DNA of 64,000 nucleotides from the NCBI GenBank assembly GCA_951406725.2, contig OX597836.1, positions 20,770,001-20,834,000 on the forward strand, given 5' to 3'. Positions 1 through 12,299 of this stretch are shown in pieces. Both the position numbers and the translations under genes were made by a program. The notes beneath the pieces were generated by a model. It made no database searches. It had not been told where the DNA came from and saw only the letters and a list, made by a program, of their open reading frames with translations. Positions within the stretch are counted from its first letter, which is position 1; the number at the start of each line of letters is the position of its first letter. The stretch comes from Octopus vulgaris (taxonomy: Eukaryota).

Positions 1-155
1 AATTGTTAGCCAAGTACAAAGGACTTTTAGGATTGTCACTTGACAAGCTAGAAATGACAGCCACTAAATTTCCCACAAATTTAACTCATCACAGGCAGAA
101 ATCCATTAACTAAAAATCTGCTTGGTCAGAGCTAACTTGGGGCAAAACAATAATA

Positions 156-378
156 CTGGGTGGCCCAAAAGTAGGTTTACAGTTGTCACATCGGCACTTT
201 AAAATTTCTCTTAAAACATTTCATTACATTTAAATTTCTATCTTATAAACCGAAAAGGGAGCTTGACAAAATTAGCTAAATTAGCATTTCATATTTTTTG
301 TAATTAAGATCTAAACTGTTAATATATGAATGCAAAAGAGATAGTTGAATAACTGTAAACCTACTTTTGGGCAACTGT
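156..378. mobile_element. Tc1/mariner-type MITE
   Basis: TA at 154-155, then left TIR ctgggtggcccaaaagtaggtttacagtt. Right end 351-372 (aactgtaaacctacttttgggc) is a perfect 22-bp inverted match; the outermost right bases are decayed. Confidence 0.75.
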
Positions 379-385
379 CTTCTAC

Positions 386-466
386 TACTTTGGGCTGACC
401 AAAGACTTGTAAGTGGATTTGGTAGATGGAAACTGAAAGAAGCTAATCTTTGTTAGCCCCCCCCCC

Positions 467-502
<36 letters not shown>

Positions 503-835
503 CGCTTGACAACCGGCAAAAGAGATTGATAGAATAAATAACGGGAAGGTTTACGAAAATAAACAAAAGACGAAGGCAGGTGGAGTACAAACAAACAATG
601 TATTAGTATGGCACTCAGGAATAGAAATAAAACAAGTCTTTTACGTTTCGAGCCTACGCTCTTCGACAGAAAGATACACAGAAAAGAAACAAGGAGAGAA
701 AAAAATTGCGTGTAGGGGCTAATGTACCAGACTTGAGAACAAAAAAAAATAATTTGATTCAACTAAAACAAAATTCAAAGTGGTGTCCCAGCATGGCCAT
801 GGTCAAATAACTGAAACAAGTAAAAGATAAAGGTT
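386..835 (+). mobile_element. tRNA-derived SINE family B, 5'-truncated, interrupted by a Penelope-like fragment
   Basis: Matches intact copies at 21208 and 21742 (gtggatttggtagatggaaactgaaagaagc ... ccagcatggcc ... actgaaacaagtaaaaga). Confidence 0.8.
538..722 (-). mobile_element. Penelope-like element terminal-repeat fragment (family D, copy 1) with hammerhead-like motif
   Basis: Near-identical to 50001-50203 and 57472-57720 in the opposite orientation. Minus strand reads ctgtcgaagagcgtaggctcgaaacgta; nested inside SINE B. Confidence 0.65.
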
Positions 836-929
836 TGTACATCTGTCTGTCTGTATCTGTCTATCTATATGTGTGTGTGTGTGCATGTACATACATTTAA
901 AACATTCACCAAACCAACAGAAGGCAGAA

Positions 930-1180
930 GGGCGGCGAGCTGGCAGAAGGGCGGCGAGCTTGCAGAAACGTTGGCACGCTAGACGAAATGCGTAGCCGTA
1001 TTTCGTCTGTCGTTACGTTCCAAGTTCAAATTCCGCCAAGGTCGACTTTGCCTTTCATCATTTCGGTGTCGATAAATTAAGTACCAGTTACGCACTGGGG
1101 TCGATGTAATCGACTTAATCCGTTTGTCTGTCCTTGCTGGTCCCCTCTGTGTTTAGCCCCTTGTGGGTAGTAAAGAAATA
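930..1180 (+). mobile_element. tRNA-derived SINE family A (octopus OK-like), full length
   Basis: Head ggcggcgagctggcagaa (locally duplicated), B-box-like gttcaaattcc, central gcctttcatc..tttcgg.gtcgataaattaagtacc, tail gtagtaaagaaata. Many copies in the window; the family name is from memory. Confidence 0.9.
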
Positions 1181-1937
1181 TATATATACACTCTCTCTCT
1201 CTCTCTCTCTCCAACTCTCCCACACACAACTCTGGTAATTCACGAAGAATTACAAACAAGATTATTTTGGAAACTGAAATAAAGACAGAAAAACTCCACC
1301 CACCCTGTCCTCACCAGGGTGGGTGTGGTCTGTCTTTGTTTCATATCAATTACAATGAACAATAAACACAAGTCTCGAAAGTTGCTTACATCATAGAAGC
1401 TTGAAAATAATTCATTTTAATTGATGTGAAATAAAGACAGCAAAACCAGACATCGAAACGTCTAAAAATCAAGCAACAGTAATTTCAAACGTATGCTACT
1501 TCTAACGATTTATATTATATTTTCTTTATTCCATTTATTAATTTTAAGTTTTATTTATTTACGTTTTGTGTAAGGGTGGGGGGGTAGGAGGGCAGCTATT
1601 TGAAGAAAGCACCATGCTCAATGAAGATGTCAGAATATTTTCATTTGTCTGCGAGTGAGAGGTGTTAGTTTGGATCATTCTACAGAAAGTGTTTTTTAAG
1701 TATGGAGCAAGCATGTTATCCTGACATTTGCTTTTAAAACTTCTTTCAACTTTTCAGCAGATGTATATATAAAAAAAACAAAAAAAAACAAAGAAATAAT
1801 TGATTGAAGAAGAGAAAATAAAAATAACAATAATTTCTGGTCTTAACTGATTGAAAATGTTAACATATACAAAAGAAATGTAGCTAAGCACTTTGTCAGG
1901 TGTAATGATTCTGCCAGTTTGCTGCCTTAAATAATAA

Positions 1938-2415
1938 CATCATCATCATCATCATCATCATCATCGTTTAACGTCCATTTTCCATGCTAGCATGGGTTCG
2001 ACGGTTCAACTGGGGTCTGGGAAGCCAGAAGGCTGTGCCAGGCTCCAGTCTGATCTGGCAGTGTTTCTACAGCTGGATGCCCTTCCTAACGCCAACCACT
2101 CCGAGAGTGTAGTGGGTGCTTTTTACATGCCACCTGCACAGGTGCCAGACGAGGCTGGCAAACGGCCACGATCGAATGGTGCTTTTTACGTGCCACCAGC
2201 ACGGGGGCCAGATGAGGCTGGCAAATGGCCACGATCGGATGGTGCTTTTTATGTGCCACCTGCACAGGGGCCAGATGAGGCTGGCAATGGCCACAATCGG
2301 ATGGTGCTTTTTATGCGCCACCGGCACGGAGGCCAGTTGGGGCGGTGCTGGCAACGGCCACGTTCGGATGGTTCTCTTACGTGCCACCAGCACTGGTATC
2401 ACAGCTACAATTTCC
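1938..2415 (-). mobile_element. SINE-like family C with internal ~59-bp minisatellite and (GAT)n tail
   Basis: (CAT)n, then gtttaacgtcc..ttccatgctagcatgggtt, ctacagctggatgcccttcctaacgccaacc, then 4-5 units of ggtgcttttacgtgccacc...ggctggcaa.ggccacg.tcggat. Same family at 6073 and 33228. Confidence 0.88.
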
Positions 2416-2950
2416 ATTAGCATAGCACCAGCAATTGTAGGGGGTGAGGGAAAGTTGGTCACAGTGGCCCCAGTACTTACTTGGCTAGCACTTCAAAAGG
2501 GTGAAAGGTAGAGTTGACTTCAGCCAGAGTAAAGTCCAAAGAGCATTTTTTTCTGATGCTGTAACAGTTCTGCTAGTTCACTGCCATAAATAATAATGGT
2601 TTCAAAATTTGGCAAAGGGCCCGCTGTTTTTGAGAGGAGCAGGAAGTTGATTTCATTGTCCTTCGTATTTGACTGGTAAATTATTTTATCAGCCACAAAA
2701 GGATGAAAAGCAAAGTTAACCTCAGAGGAATTTGAATTCAGAATGCAGAATAGACAAAATGCTGCTAAGCATTTTGGTGGGCATGCTAATAGCTAAAGCC
2801 AGCGATTTTGAGGGGAACCTTGGTATTTCACTGATATTCTATGTATTCTATAGACCCAGAAAGAATGAAAGACAAGCTGACCATGGCAAGATTTGAACTA
2901 GTAGAGCTAACCCTCTCCAAAATTTGAAATCTTTATTATTATTATTATTA

Positions 2951-2992
<42 letters not shown>

Positions 2993-2993
<1 letters not shown>

Positions 2994-3428
2994 GAAGGCA
3001 TCAAGTTGGCAGAAGCATTAGCACACCAGGCAAAATGCTTATGATATTTTGTCCATTTTTGCATCCTAAGTTCCAATGCCGATGAAGTCAACTTTGCCTT
3101 TCATCCTTTCAGAACCAATAAAATAAGTACCAACTGATGACTGGGGCTGACGTAATCAACTTACTCCCTCCCCATAATTGCTGGCTTTGTGCCAAAAGTC
3201 GAAACTATTATCAATAAGGTGGTGAGCTAGCAGATTCATTAGCTCACTGGGTAAAATGCTTAATGGCATTTCATCTGTCTTGAAGTTCTGAATTCAAATT
3301 CCACCAAGATCGACTTTGCCTTTTATACTTTCAGGGTTGATATAATAAGTACCAGTTGAATACTGAGGTCGGTGTAATGAACTTACCCCCCTCCCTTGAA
3401 ATTTCTGGCCTTGTGCTAAAATTTGAAA
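2993..3428 (+). mobile_element. Two tandem older SINE A copies
   Basis: Two diverged head-to-tail copies (~2993-3207 and ~3216-3428), each with actttgccttt.at.ctttc and aataagtacca, after an (ATT)n tract. Confidence 0.8.
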
Positions 3429-3585
3429 TGATAATTATTATATTAAGAACATAACGATATGCTACAACATAGTGAAACTTCATTTAATTATATCTGTATA
3501 TAACTTCTGGCAAGTGATGCTAAATAGTTAAATATAATTTCAAAGATGGTTATCTAATAATCTAATTTAATAAATCCATTTACAG

Positions 3586-3766
3586 GCTTCCATCAGCAAA
3601 GACATCATATTCTTACTTGCTTCAATCCATTAGCTCGAAAGAGCGCCCTTCCCCCACTGCCACCACCACCACCACTTTAGATAAAGTAATTGATCGTCAA
3701 GAGAACACAATAGTAAAAACAATAGAAATATTTGCTGAACAAAAAATATTCGTTCAAAATGACTAA
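3586..3766 (+). CDS. Candidate terminal coding exon, unknown protein
   Basis: ctaat branch-like motifs and ccatttacag acceptor; 59 open codons LPSAKTSYSYLLQSISSKERPSPTATTTTTLDKVIDRQENTIVKTIEIFAEQKIFVQND*; followed by ~2 kb of TE-free T-rich sequence resembling a 3'UTR. No homology recognised. Confidence 0.3.
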
Positions 3767-3922
3767 TTGTTCTTTTAATAGCAAATATATGAAGAGGAAA
3801 AGGACAACATGTTGATAGGAAAATATCAACAAACACCACTGTCCATAGCTCAGTGATTTTCAAATGAAATGCAAAATATAAACCTTCACAGAGACAAATA
3901 TGCATATGTGTCTGTCAGTCTG

Positions 3923-3962
<40 letters not shown>

Positions 3963-4371
3963 TTAAAGAGTACAGTATTATATATCCATTATGGCCAATC
4001 TTACCAATCAGTTTCACACAGAGGGTTCAACAGGGTGTCAGACAACAGCCCGATTATGTAACCCTGTGCTCTTTGGAGATGGCCATTATGGAATGAATTA
4101 TGATGACTGCTCTCTATTTTTGGAGGTCAAAACACACATCCAGTTTGTGGTTGCTGCAAAAAAGACGACGAAACAAACCAACTGACAGAAAAATGGCATA
4201 CTCAGTACCATAAAAGAGATTATTGATATTTTATTTTCGTTGAGTCAGTTCCTTAATACTCTGAGTTTCACCTAAGATTCCTTTCCCTTCCCTTTTTTTT
4301 CCTTTTATCATACTTTCGAACCATCACCATACCCTATGACAAGAAAACTATATATGTGTAAACCCCAACAA

Positions 4372-4373
<2 letters not shown>

Positions 4374-4425
<52 letters not shown>
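4374..4425. repeat. (CA)n microsatellite
   Basis: Perfect dinucleotide run. Confidence 0.95.
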
Positions 4426-4427
<2 letters not shown>

Positions 4428-5377
4428 GTGTATGTATATGTACATGTGTGTGAGTGAGTATGTACACATGTGCTTGCATGTATGTATGCATGTGTGTGAA
4501 TGTGTGTGTATATATATATCTTTGGTATGTTTGTGTGGTGTGTGTGTATCAGAATAGGAAAATGAACATGGTGTTTATGATATAAATTACAATATAATTC
4601 ATTCCATCTTTGATGAAGAGCCACTACTCAAAATTTTGGTTATTATTCTATTTCTTCTCTTTACAACGCATCAACATACTAAGTATTTGCATTTTAAAGA
4701 AACGAATCATGCTGATACAGACTGTGGTTAGTCTCTTTGAATTTTTATGATTATATTTCATTTAAAATTAATATGGATTTGTTTTTTGTTGCTGTTAATT
4801 TTTTACGCTCAAAATTCAACTAATAACCCTATTATTATATTCTCACTTTCAAATGAATAACTTTATTATTATCATTATTCTTCTAATTATTATTATTAGT
4901 AGTAGTAGCAGAACTATTATTATTTCTACAGTATTGTAATATCATTATTATTATAACTACTACTACTACATACTATTGGTGGTTTTATTCCGACTACTAC
5001 TAGTTATCATTATCATTATATTATTGTTGTTCTTTTCTTTACGGTGGAGAAAAGTTAAATCTGCATTTGAGAAAACAAAAAAGAAAGAAAAAAGAGTCTG
5101 TGTAAATTTTATCTCTTCTGTTGAAAGAACAGAAACTAAATCTAAAATTTGGTCCCCACTTTTTGGTTTATTTTTACACATTATTTCCATAAGAATTTAA
5201 AAACTTGTTCTTGTCATTGTTATCATGGTTTCTTTGTACGTCATTTTCCTCTTTTCTTTATTGTTATAAGAGCAGGACTTTAATTCTAATTGTACATCAT
5301 GTGGAAGATATTATGATTGAATATTATTGGAAAAATAAAAGGTTGTACAGGAAGGGGTTACACAACAGCAACAATAA

Positions 5378-5408
<31 letters not shown>

Positions 5409-5978
5409 AATAAAATAATAATGATGATGATGATGATGATGATAGTAATAATAATGACAAAGATATGTTGTGTATGAATTTGTTAAGAAGACATTACGAG
5501 CTCTTTTCAGAGTTATTCCTTTTCTTCATTTGTCATTTGTTTTAAGGAAATTTTTTTTTTAGTTTTTCTCTTTAAAACTTTTTAAAACTTTCTAGCATGG
5601 AGTGAAAACTTCTACCGATTACTATTTTCTCACTGCTTCTGGTGTTGTACATTGGACTGCAGTCAAGCTTCAACAATACATTGAGGTTTCAGCCGATTAT
5701 AATTGACAAACCTAAAGTTAGTGCTGTCTGATAATTTATTTAATCTGTTTCTATGTTGAAAAATGTTAAGTCACTTCATCGGGTTTTTTTTTGTTGTTTT
5801 GGTGTTTCTTTTGTTTTGTTTTTTTTTTTACATAAAGGGATGCAACAATGGTTTGCACCCACAAGCAAAGACACTCACAACAATTTATAAGTTTTGAAAT
5901 TTACTTGCTTCAGTGATATACAATGTCGAAAGATATATACATCCATTCACACATACAAACATATATACATACAAACAA

Positions 5979-6043
<65 letters not shown>

Positions 6044-6072
6044 CACACACACATATGTAATATATATATACA

Positions 6073-6625
6073 CATCATCACCGTTTAATGTCCACTTTCC
6101 ATGCTGGCATGGGTTGGATGGCTTGACTGAGGGCTAGCAAGCCAGAGGGCTGCACAAGAATCCAATATGATTTGGCAAATTTTCTACAGCTAGATGCCTT
6201 TCCTAACGCCAACAACTCCAAGAGTGTAATGGGTGCTTTTTATGAGCCAGTCAGGCAGTACTGGCATCGACCATGCTTGAATGGTGCTTTTTACATGCCA
6301 CCGACCCGGGAGCCATTCAGGTGACACTGACAACAACCACACTCAAATGGTGATTTTTACATGCCACCAGCATGGGACCAGTCAGCCGGCACTGGCATCG
6401 ACCATGCTTGAATGGTGCTTTTTATGCACCACTGGCATGGGAGCCAGTCAGGCAGTACTGGCAATGGTCACACTCAAATGGTGCTTTTTATGTACCACTG
6501 GCATGGAACCAGTCAGCCGGCATTGGCATCAACCACACTTGAATGCTGCCTTTTACTTTCTGCTGCCACAGGTGCTGATTAGGCGGTACTGTCATCGGCC
6601 ACAACAATCACTTCACTTGACTCAA
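6073..6625 (-). mobile_element. SINE-like family C, diverged, with minisatellite
   Basis: Same tail and ggtgcttttta(c/t)(a/g)tgccacc units as 1938-2415. Confidence 0.8.
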
Positions 6626-6875
6626 CGTGTGTGTGTGTGTGTGTTTGTATGTATGTATGTATGTATGTATATATGTATGTATATATATATATAAAGATAT
6701 GAGGGGTTTAGTTCAATGGTGACCTAAACGAAAAGGTAGTATGGGAAGGGGTTAAATAACAAAAACAACAGTAATAATAACAACAAAGTTATGTTATGTA
6801 TGAATTTGTTATGACATTACAAGCTCTTTTCATACATACATATATATATATACACATATACACTCACATTTATAC

Positions 6876-6911
<36 letters not shown>

Positions 6912-7156
6912 ACTTCTAGTAAGACATGGCACCTCAACTAAAAGGTTGTTCCTGTTGCAGGTGATGCCTATAAAGATGTAGAATGAGAGAACCAAGCTTC
7001 TTTAGAAATATTCCAGTTTTCAGGAACCAAATTTAAATTAATCATGCATGAAGTGGTTCAAAGCAAGAGAAATGTCAAAAAGCGTTAGCAGCTGAATCAC
7101 TCAAGCAATTTGACAAAATCTATGACGGTGCACAACAAATGTGTGTATGTGTGTGT

Positions 7157-7211
<55 letters not shown>

Positions 7212-8423
7212 AAGTGCCCCATAAAGAAGGAAGCATTTAACTTTGGTGAAATGCTATCAATGTAGTCTAGTGCACAAGATATTGTGTTATTTTTAAATAT
7301 GCTTGCATGTGTACCAATGAATGAGTGCATGTATGTACACACACAAATGTGTATGCATGTATACATACAAATACACACACACACATATGTACTTACACAT
7401 ACATATATGAATAAATAACTGTATGTACATGCAGGCATGTATTAACAGAATAACTGTAGCTATTTACCTGTGCTTAAAGTTCCACGATAAAAGACTTAAG
7501 AACTGTAGTTTAACTACTTTAAATTTACTTTAGGTTTTGTAATAGACAGTATTGTGCATACATATTTATCAATATTATATTATATCATATTATATATGGT
7601 GATCCAGCATGGCTGCAGTGAAATGACTGAAACAAGTAAAAGAATAAAGGGACTTTATCTCGCACCTTGCTGTATCTCGCACCTTGCTGTACTTGATAAG
7701 ACCCATCTACCACAGCAGAATTGATACCAGTGCTGGAGCCACATAAAAAGCACTAGTGATGGTGCCACATGAAAAGCACTAGTAATGGTTCCACATGAAA
7801 AGCACTAGTAATGGTGCCATGTACAAAGCATTGGTGCTACATAAAAAGCACCCAATACACTCAGTAAAGTGGTTGGCATTAGGAAGGGCAACTGGCTGTA
7901 GAACAGACAATGGAGCCTAGGGTGGCTCCTGGGCTTACCAGCTCCTGTCGAACCATTGAGCCCATACTAGATGATATATATATCGAGAGAGAGAGCTATA
8001 CACACTTGTTTAAGTGGAAATATTTTGCAGCTGATGACCGACTCCATCCAGCTTCTAACATCCAGGCATCCAGGCATACAAATATGAAATGTAGAAGGTA
8101 AGTAATGGCAAAGTGGATCAACTCAACACTTATACACACAGATTTGGATATGGTTGTCTGATTTACAACCATGTGGTTCCAGATACACTTGCACTGCATA
8201 TCAGCTTACCAGGTGTCAACTATTACAGAATCAGGCTCATCTTATGAGTGTGTAATTTTGTTGCTGAGTTTTGATGTGTGCATATGTGCATGAACATGAG
8301 TGAGTGTATGTCTCTCTATGTGTGAGTCTCTGTGAGTATGTATGCATGCATTATAGGTGCAAGCATGGAAGTGTGCTTTACAAAGATTGTTAGGGAATCA
8401 TGTATCAGGTTTAGTCCCACCTC

Positions 8424-8860
8424 ATATGTGGCTGTGTGGTAAGAAGCTTGCTTCCCAATCACATGGTTCCAGGTTCAGTCCCACTGTGTGGAACATTGAA
8501 CAAGTGTGTTCTGCTATAGCCTTGAGCCAATCAAAGCCTTATGAGTGGATTTGTTTGATGGAAACTGAAAGAAGCTGATTGTGCATAAAGATGCATGTGT
8601 ATGTGTGGTAGGTGTTCATAACTCCTTGTGTTGATATTGTACACTATTTGCAAATAAATATGACCACCAAGCAAACAGTATCATTTGTTTGGAATCTTCT
8701 ATGAAAACATGTCCAGCCATTGTGCTGTTCATGTTCAAAGCTCTTGGGAAAATATTGCCTTGATTGGAAACAGAGAGAGCATTTGGCCATAAAGCTAAAA
8801 TCTGCCACAATGTATTTCATCTGACCCATGCAAGCATGGAAAAGTGGACTTTAAACTGAT
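8424..8860 (+). mobile_element. Composite SINE: family-B head with C-type tail
   Basis: gtggctgtgtggtaagaagcttgcttccc head through gaaactgaaagaagc, then ends in gacccatgcaagcatggaaaagtggac.ttaaa(tga)n like family C. Confidence 0.65.
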
Positions 8861-9134
8861 AATGATATATATATGTATGTGTATATATAAATGTGTATAT
8901 AAACTTATACATTGTATATGTACACATGCCCACATTTCACACACACACACACATACAAGTACATACAGGCAAATTTTTTGTACATTGGCACAATATGACA
9001 TACAAGCCTTAATACATTCCTGTTATATCATAAATGTGTGTGTATGGATGCATTGAAGTACAAATGTTATATAATACTTCATTTATAGTCATATACTACT
9101 GTATAGATTACAGATGCATTTCTATGCATGTACA

Positions 9135-9188
9135 TATCTGTGTGTGTGTTTGTGTATGTATATGTGTATATATACATATATGTATGTA

Positions 9189-9251
<63 letters not shown>

Positions 9252-9274
9252 GTATATATATATATATATGTATG

Positions 9275-9319
<45 letters not shown>

Positions 9320-9395
9320 GTATATATATATATATATGTATATATATATGTATGCATGTGTGTATAAATATATATATATATATACACACACACAT
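9135..9395. repeat. Compound (TA)n/(TG)n microsatellite
   Basis: Direct inspection; source of several spurious Y/I-rich ORFs. Confidence 0.95.
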
Positions 9396-10199
9396 ATGGT
9401 ATCAGTATATATGCATAAGTTATAAATCCAATACTATATATAAAAGTGTGTGTGTGTATCAATGCATTTATACATCCATGCATTGATAGACGCCCACATT
9501 AGATAGAGATATAACAAGGGGGTTTCACTCTCCACTCCTTAACCTTAATCAAAGGAGAAATGGGGGAGAAAAAAAATACACACACGCACACATACATGCA
9601 TGCACACACGCACATACACATGTATGTATGTATGAATGGAAAAAAGTAAACAAAGTGATAAAAATAAAAAATCTAATATGAATCTTTATTAAATCACACC
9701 CCTCAACATAATAGTGATTATAACAATATAGTTAGCAGATATGAATAGTCACATGAAGGAAAAAACAAAAAAAAAACCCAACATAAATAAATAAACAACC
9801 CAACCAACCTTTTATTTTTGTGTGAAAGAATTAAAGATAAGGTCATACTTTCCCATCACCCTGTAACTCTTCCATATTTAATGCTCTCCCTTCTCTATAA
9901 CTCTCCCATGTAAGGCTCCCCACACTTGTAGCTTTTGGACCTTTTTTCTTTTTTTTTTTTTTGAATGGAGATGCAGTTACTTTTTGTGCGTGTGCATGCA
10001 TATCATAGTCCTTTTCTCTCTTCATACAGGAAAGAGGAAGAGGAAGAATAGAAAGATAAAGAGAGACAAAGAGGGGAAGACAGAAAGAGACAGACACAGG
10101 AATGAGAGAGAGTGGTAGATTGTGAGAGAGAAACTAAGAGACAGTGAGAAAGAGTAGGAGATAATGAGGGAGAGTGTGGGAGAAAGAAAGAGAGAGTGT

Positions 10200-10407
10200 G
10201 GAAGATTTAGAGAGAGAGAGAGAAAGAGAGAAAGAAAGAGAGAAAGAGAGAGAGTAAGAGATAGTGAGAGGGTGTGGGAGAGAGAGAAAGAGAGAAGGAG
10301 ATAGTGAGAGTATGGGTAATCAAGAAAGTGTAAAAGGAGAATGAATTAGATAGAGGAGTAAAAATGAAAGAAGGAATATAAAGGAGAGAGAAAAGGTAAG
10401 ATATAAG

Positions 10408-10443
<36 letters not shown>

Positions 10444-10510
10444 TAGATAGATAGATGGATGGATAGATAGATAGATAGATAGATATAGATAGATAGATGG
10501 ATATATAGAT

Positions 10511-10541
<31 letters not shown>

Positions 10542-10655
10542 TAGAGAGATGGATAGATAGATAGATAGATAGATAGATGGATGGATAGATAGGCAGAGAG
10601 AGAGAGAGAGACAGAGAAAGAGAGAATGAGAGGGAGATAGGGGGGAGGAGGGAGT
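10200..10655. repeat. (GA)n and (GATA)n compound repeat
   Basis: (GATA)n at ~10408-10590 flanked by GA-rich tracts. Confidence 0.92.
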
Positions 10656-10766
10656 AGAAATACAATAATATTCAGTACTATCTTTTGATGTTCATCAAAG
10701 AAGGAGGGGAAAAAAACTAAGTCTATAATAATAAGTAATGATTGTAGGTTTATACAGAAAGGTGCA

Positions 10767-10801
10767 TTACTGAATACTGTGGAGTGGTCTGGGTTGAGAA
10801 G
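10767..10801 (-). CDS. Candidate terminal coding exon ([11 protein letters not shown])
   Basis: Long minus-strand polypyrimidine tract tcttatccaccctctatttctgctttcattcag; phase-1 frame ends in TAA; downstream minus strand is U-rich and SINE-free. Confidence 0.3.
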
Positions 10802-11102
10802 CTGAATGAAAGCAGAAATAGAGGGTGGATAAGAGGTTAAGATGAATAAATACATGCTCATGCATGAGGCACACATATATGAACACAAATGAGCAGATAT
10901 AATGTGTGTGTGAATTATATATACATACATGCAGATATACATATATATATATATATATATATACATATATATATACACACAAATAATTATACATATATAT
11001 ATATATACATACACATATATACATACATATACATACACATATATATACACACATATATATATATATAAACATATATACACATACAAATATATATACACAT
11101 AC

Positions 11103-11148
<46 letters not shown>

Positions 11149-12154
11149 TAGATAGATAGATATATACATACATACATACATACACAAGCACTTGTACCTG
11201 CTATTGCCCGGATACTGAATATGATGTAGGGAAAAAAGAATTTATTTTGGTTAAACTTAAATGAATTAATTTATAGCAAGCTTTTATGGAGTTCCTTTTT
11301 CATGTAATTATATTTGCATACATTTTCTATTTTAATGCAGGTACACCTCTAAAAGTCGAATTATTCTCAAGCCCCTATGATGTAAGCGGCTTTTGAGACG
11401 GGTGTTTATTATTCATTTAAATTTTTGAGGACTTAAAAAGTACTATATAGTGTTTTGCGGTTGTTTGTTTTTTTTTTTTTTACTTTTTATGTTTTTCTTG
11501 TTATTCTAAATTGATATGCAGCATATCAAACAGAAAAGTAGAGTATCTCTCCTGCTTCGTACACTCCTTCATAAATACTCCTTCCTTCTACTTTCATTCC
11601 AACCCCACCACCTCCCCAGCACCATTCAACTGTGTTCAATCAGGTTTATTGTTTTACACTTTCTTCGTCTCCCTTTCCTTTACAAAAGTATTCACACTCG
11701 ATGGTACATACTAAAATCCAATTAAGCTGCCATATTTTTCAACACTTCTTCTTTCACCCTTTATTTCCTTTCTACCTTTCATTCTTCCTTTCTATCTCCA
11801 TCTTTCCTCCAGATCTTTCCCATGCAGTTCTTTTGTCTCGCAGTTTTCTTTGTCTATACTCTATATCTCTTTCTCTTCAGTTCTTTCCTTCTCTTGGTTC
11901 AACCAATGAGATTTTACTAAGTTTAGTTTGACTTTTCAGACCTTAGTCAAAAGTTATATTTATTTAGTAAAATACCAAAAGATTAACGTATATAACTTTA
12001 TGGTTATAACATATCTGTAAGTCTTAGTTTTGAAGATTGAGGAGATGTGAAAAAACACTATTGTACTCTTAAGTAAAAAGAAAATATTTGAGAATCTTAT
12101 TACACATCTGTTTCAAGATAATTGTCCCTCCTCAGTGATGTACTACTACTATTC

Positions 12155-12299
12155 CAGTGTTCCACAACTGGTGTGCCATGGCACACTGGTGTACCATGGC
12201 ACATTGGTGTACCATGAGATGATTTTCAGTTCAGGTGTGCTGCTGAATTTTGAAAAGAATATAAGTGTACAGCAAGTGAAAAAAGGTTGCAGAGCACTG
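12155..12299. mobile_element. hAT-type MITE
   Basis: Imperfect TIRs cagtgttccacaac / gttgcagagcactg; 8-bp target duplication tactattc / tactatta (7/8); internal 18-bp repeats of ggtgt(g/a)ccatggcaca. Confidence 0.7.

Noticed and set aside
1275-1347. Hairpin considered as a SECIS for the UGA at 4127
   Set aside because: No GA quartet on the 3' side and no apical AAA; the geometry does not fit.
1992-2511. Repetitive 131-143 aa ORFs here and at 33225-33666; superficially array-like
   Set aside because: They derive from the family-C minisatellite. The units are tandem repeats without unique spacers, so they are neither genes nor a CRISPR array.
7656-7689. 17-bp perfect tandem duplication (also a 21-bp one near 56937)
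   Set aside because: Ordinary local slippage duplications.
9034-11191. Long ORFs rich in Y/I/C/V/H/T (e.g. 281 aa at 10346-11191; also 38.6-39.2 kb, 44.3 kb, 45.9 kb)
   Set aside because: Translations of (TA)n, (CA)n and (GATA)n repeats; open on both strands because the repeats lack stop codons.
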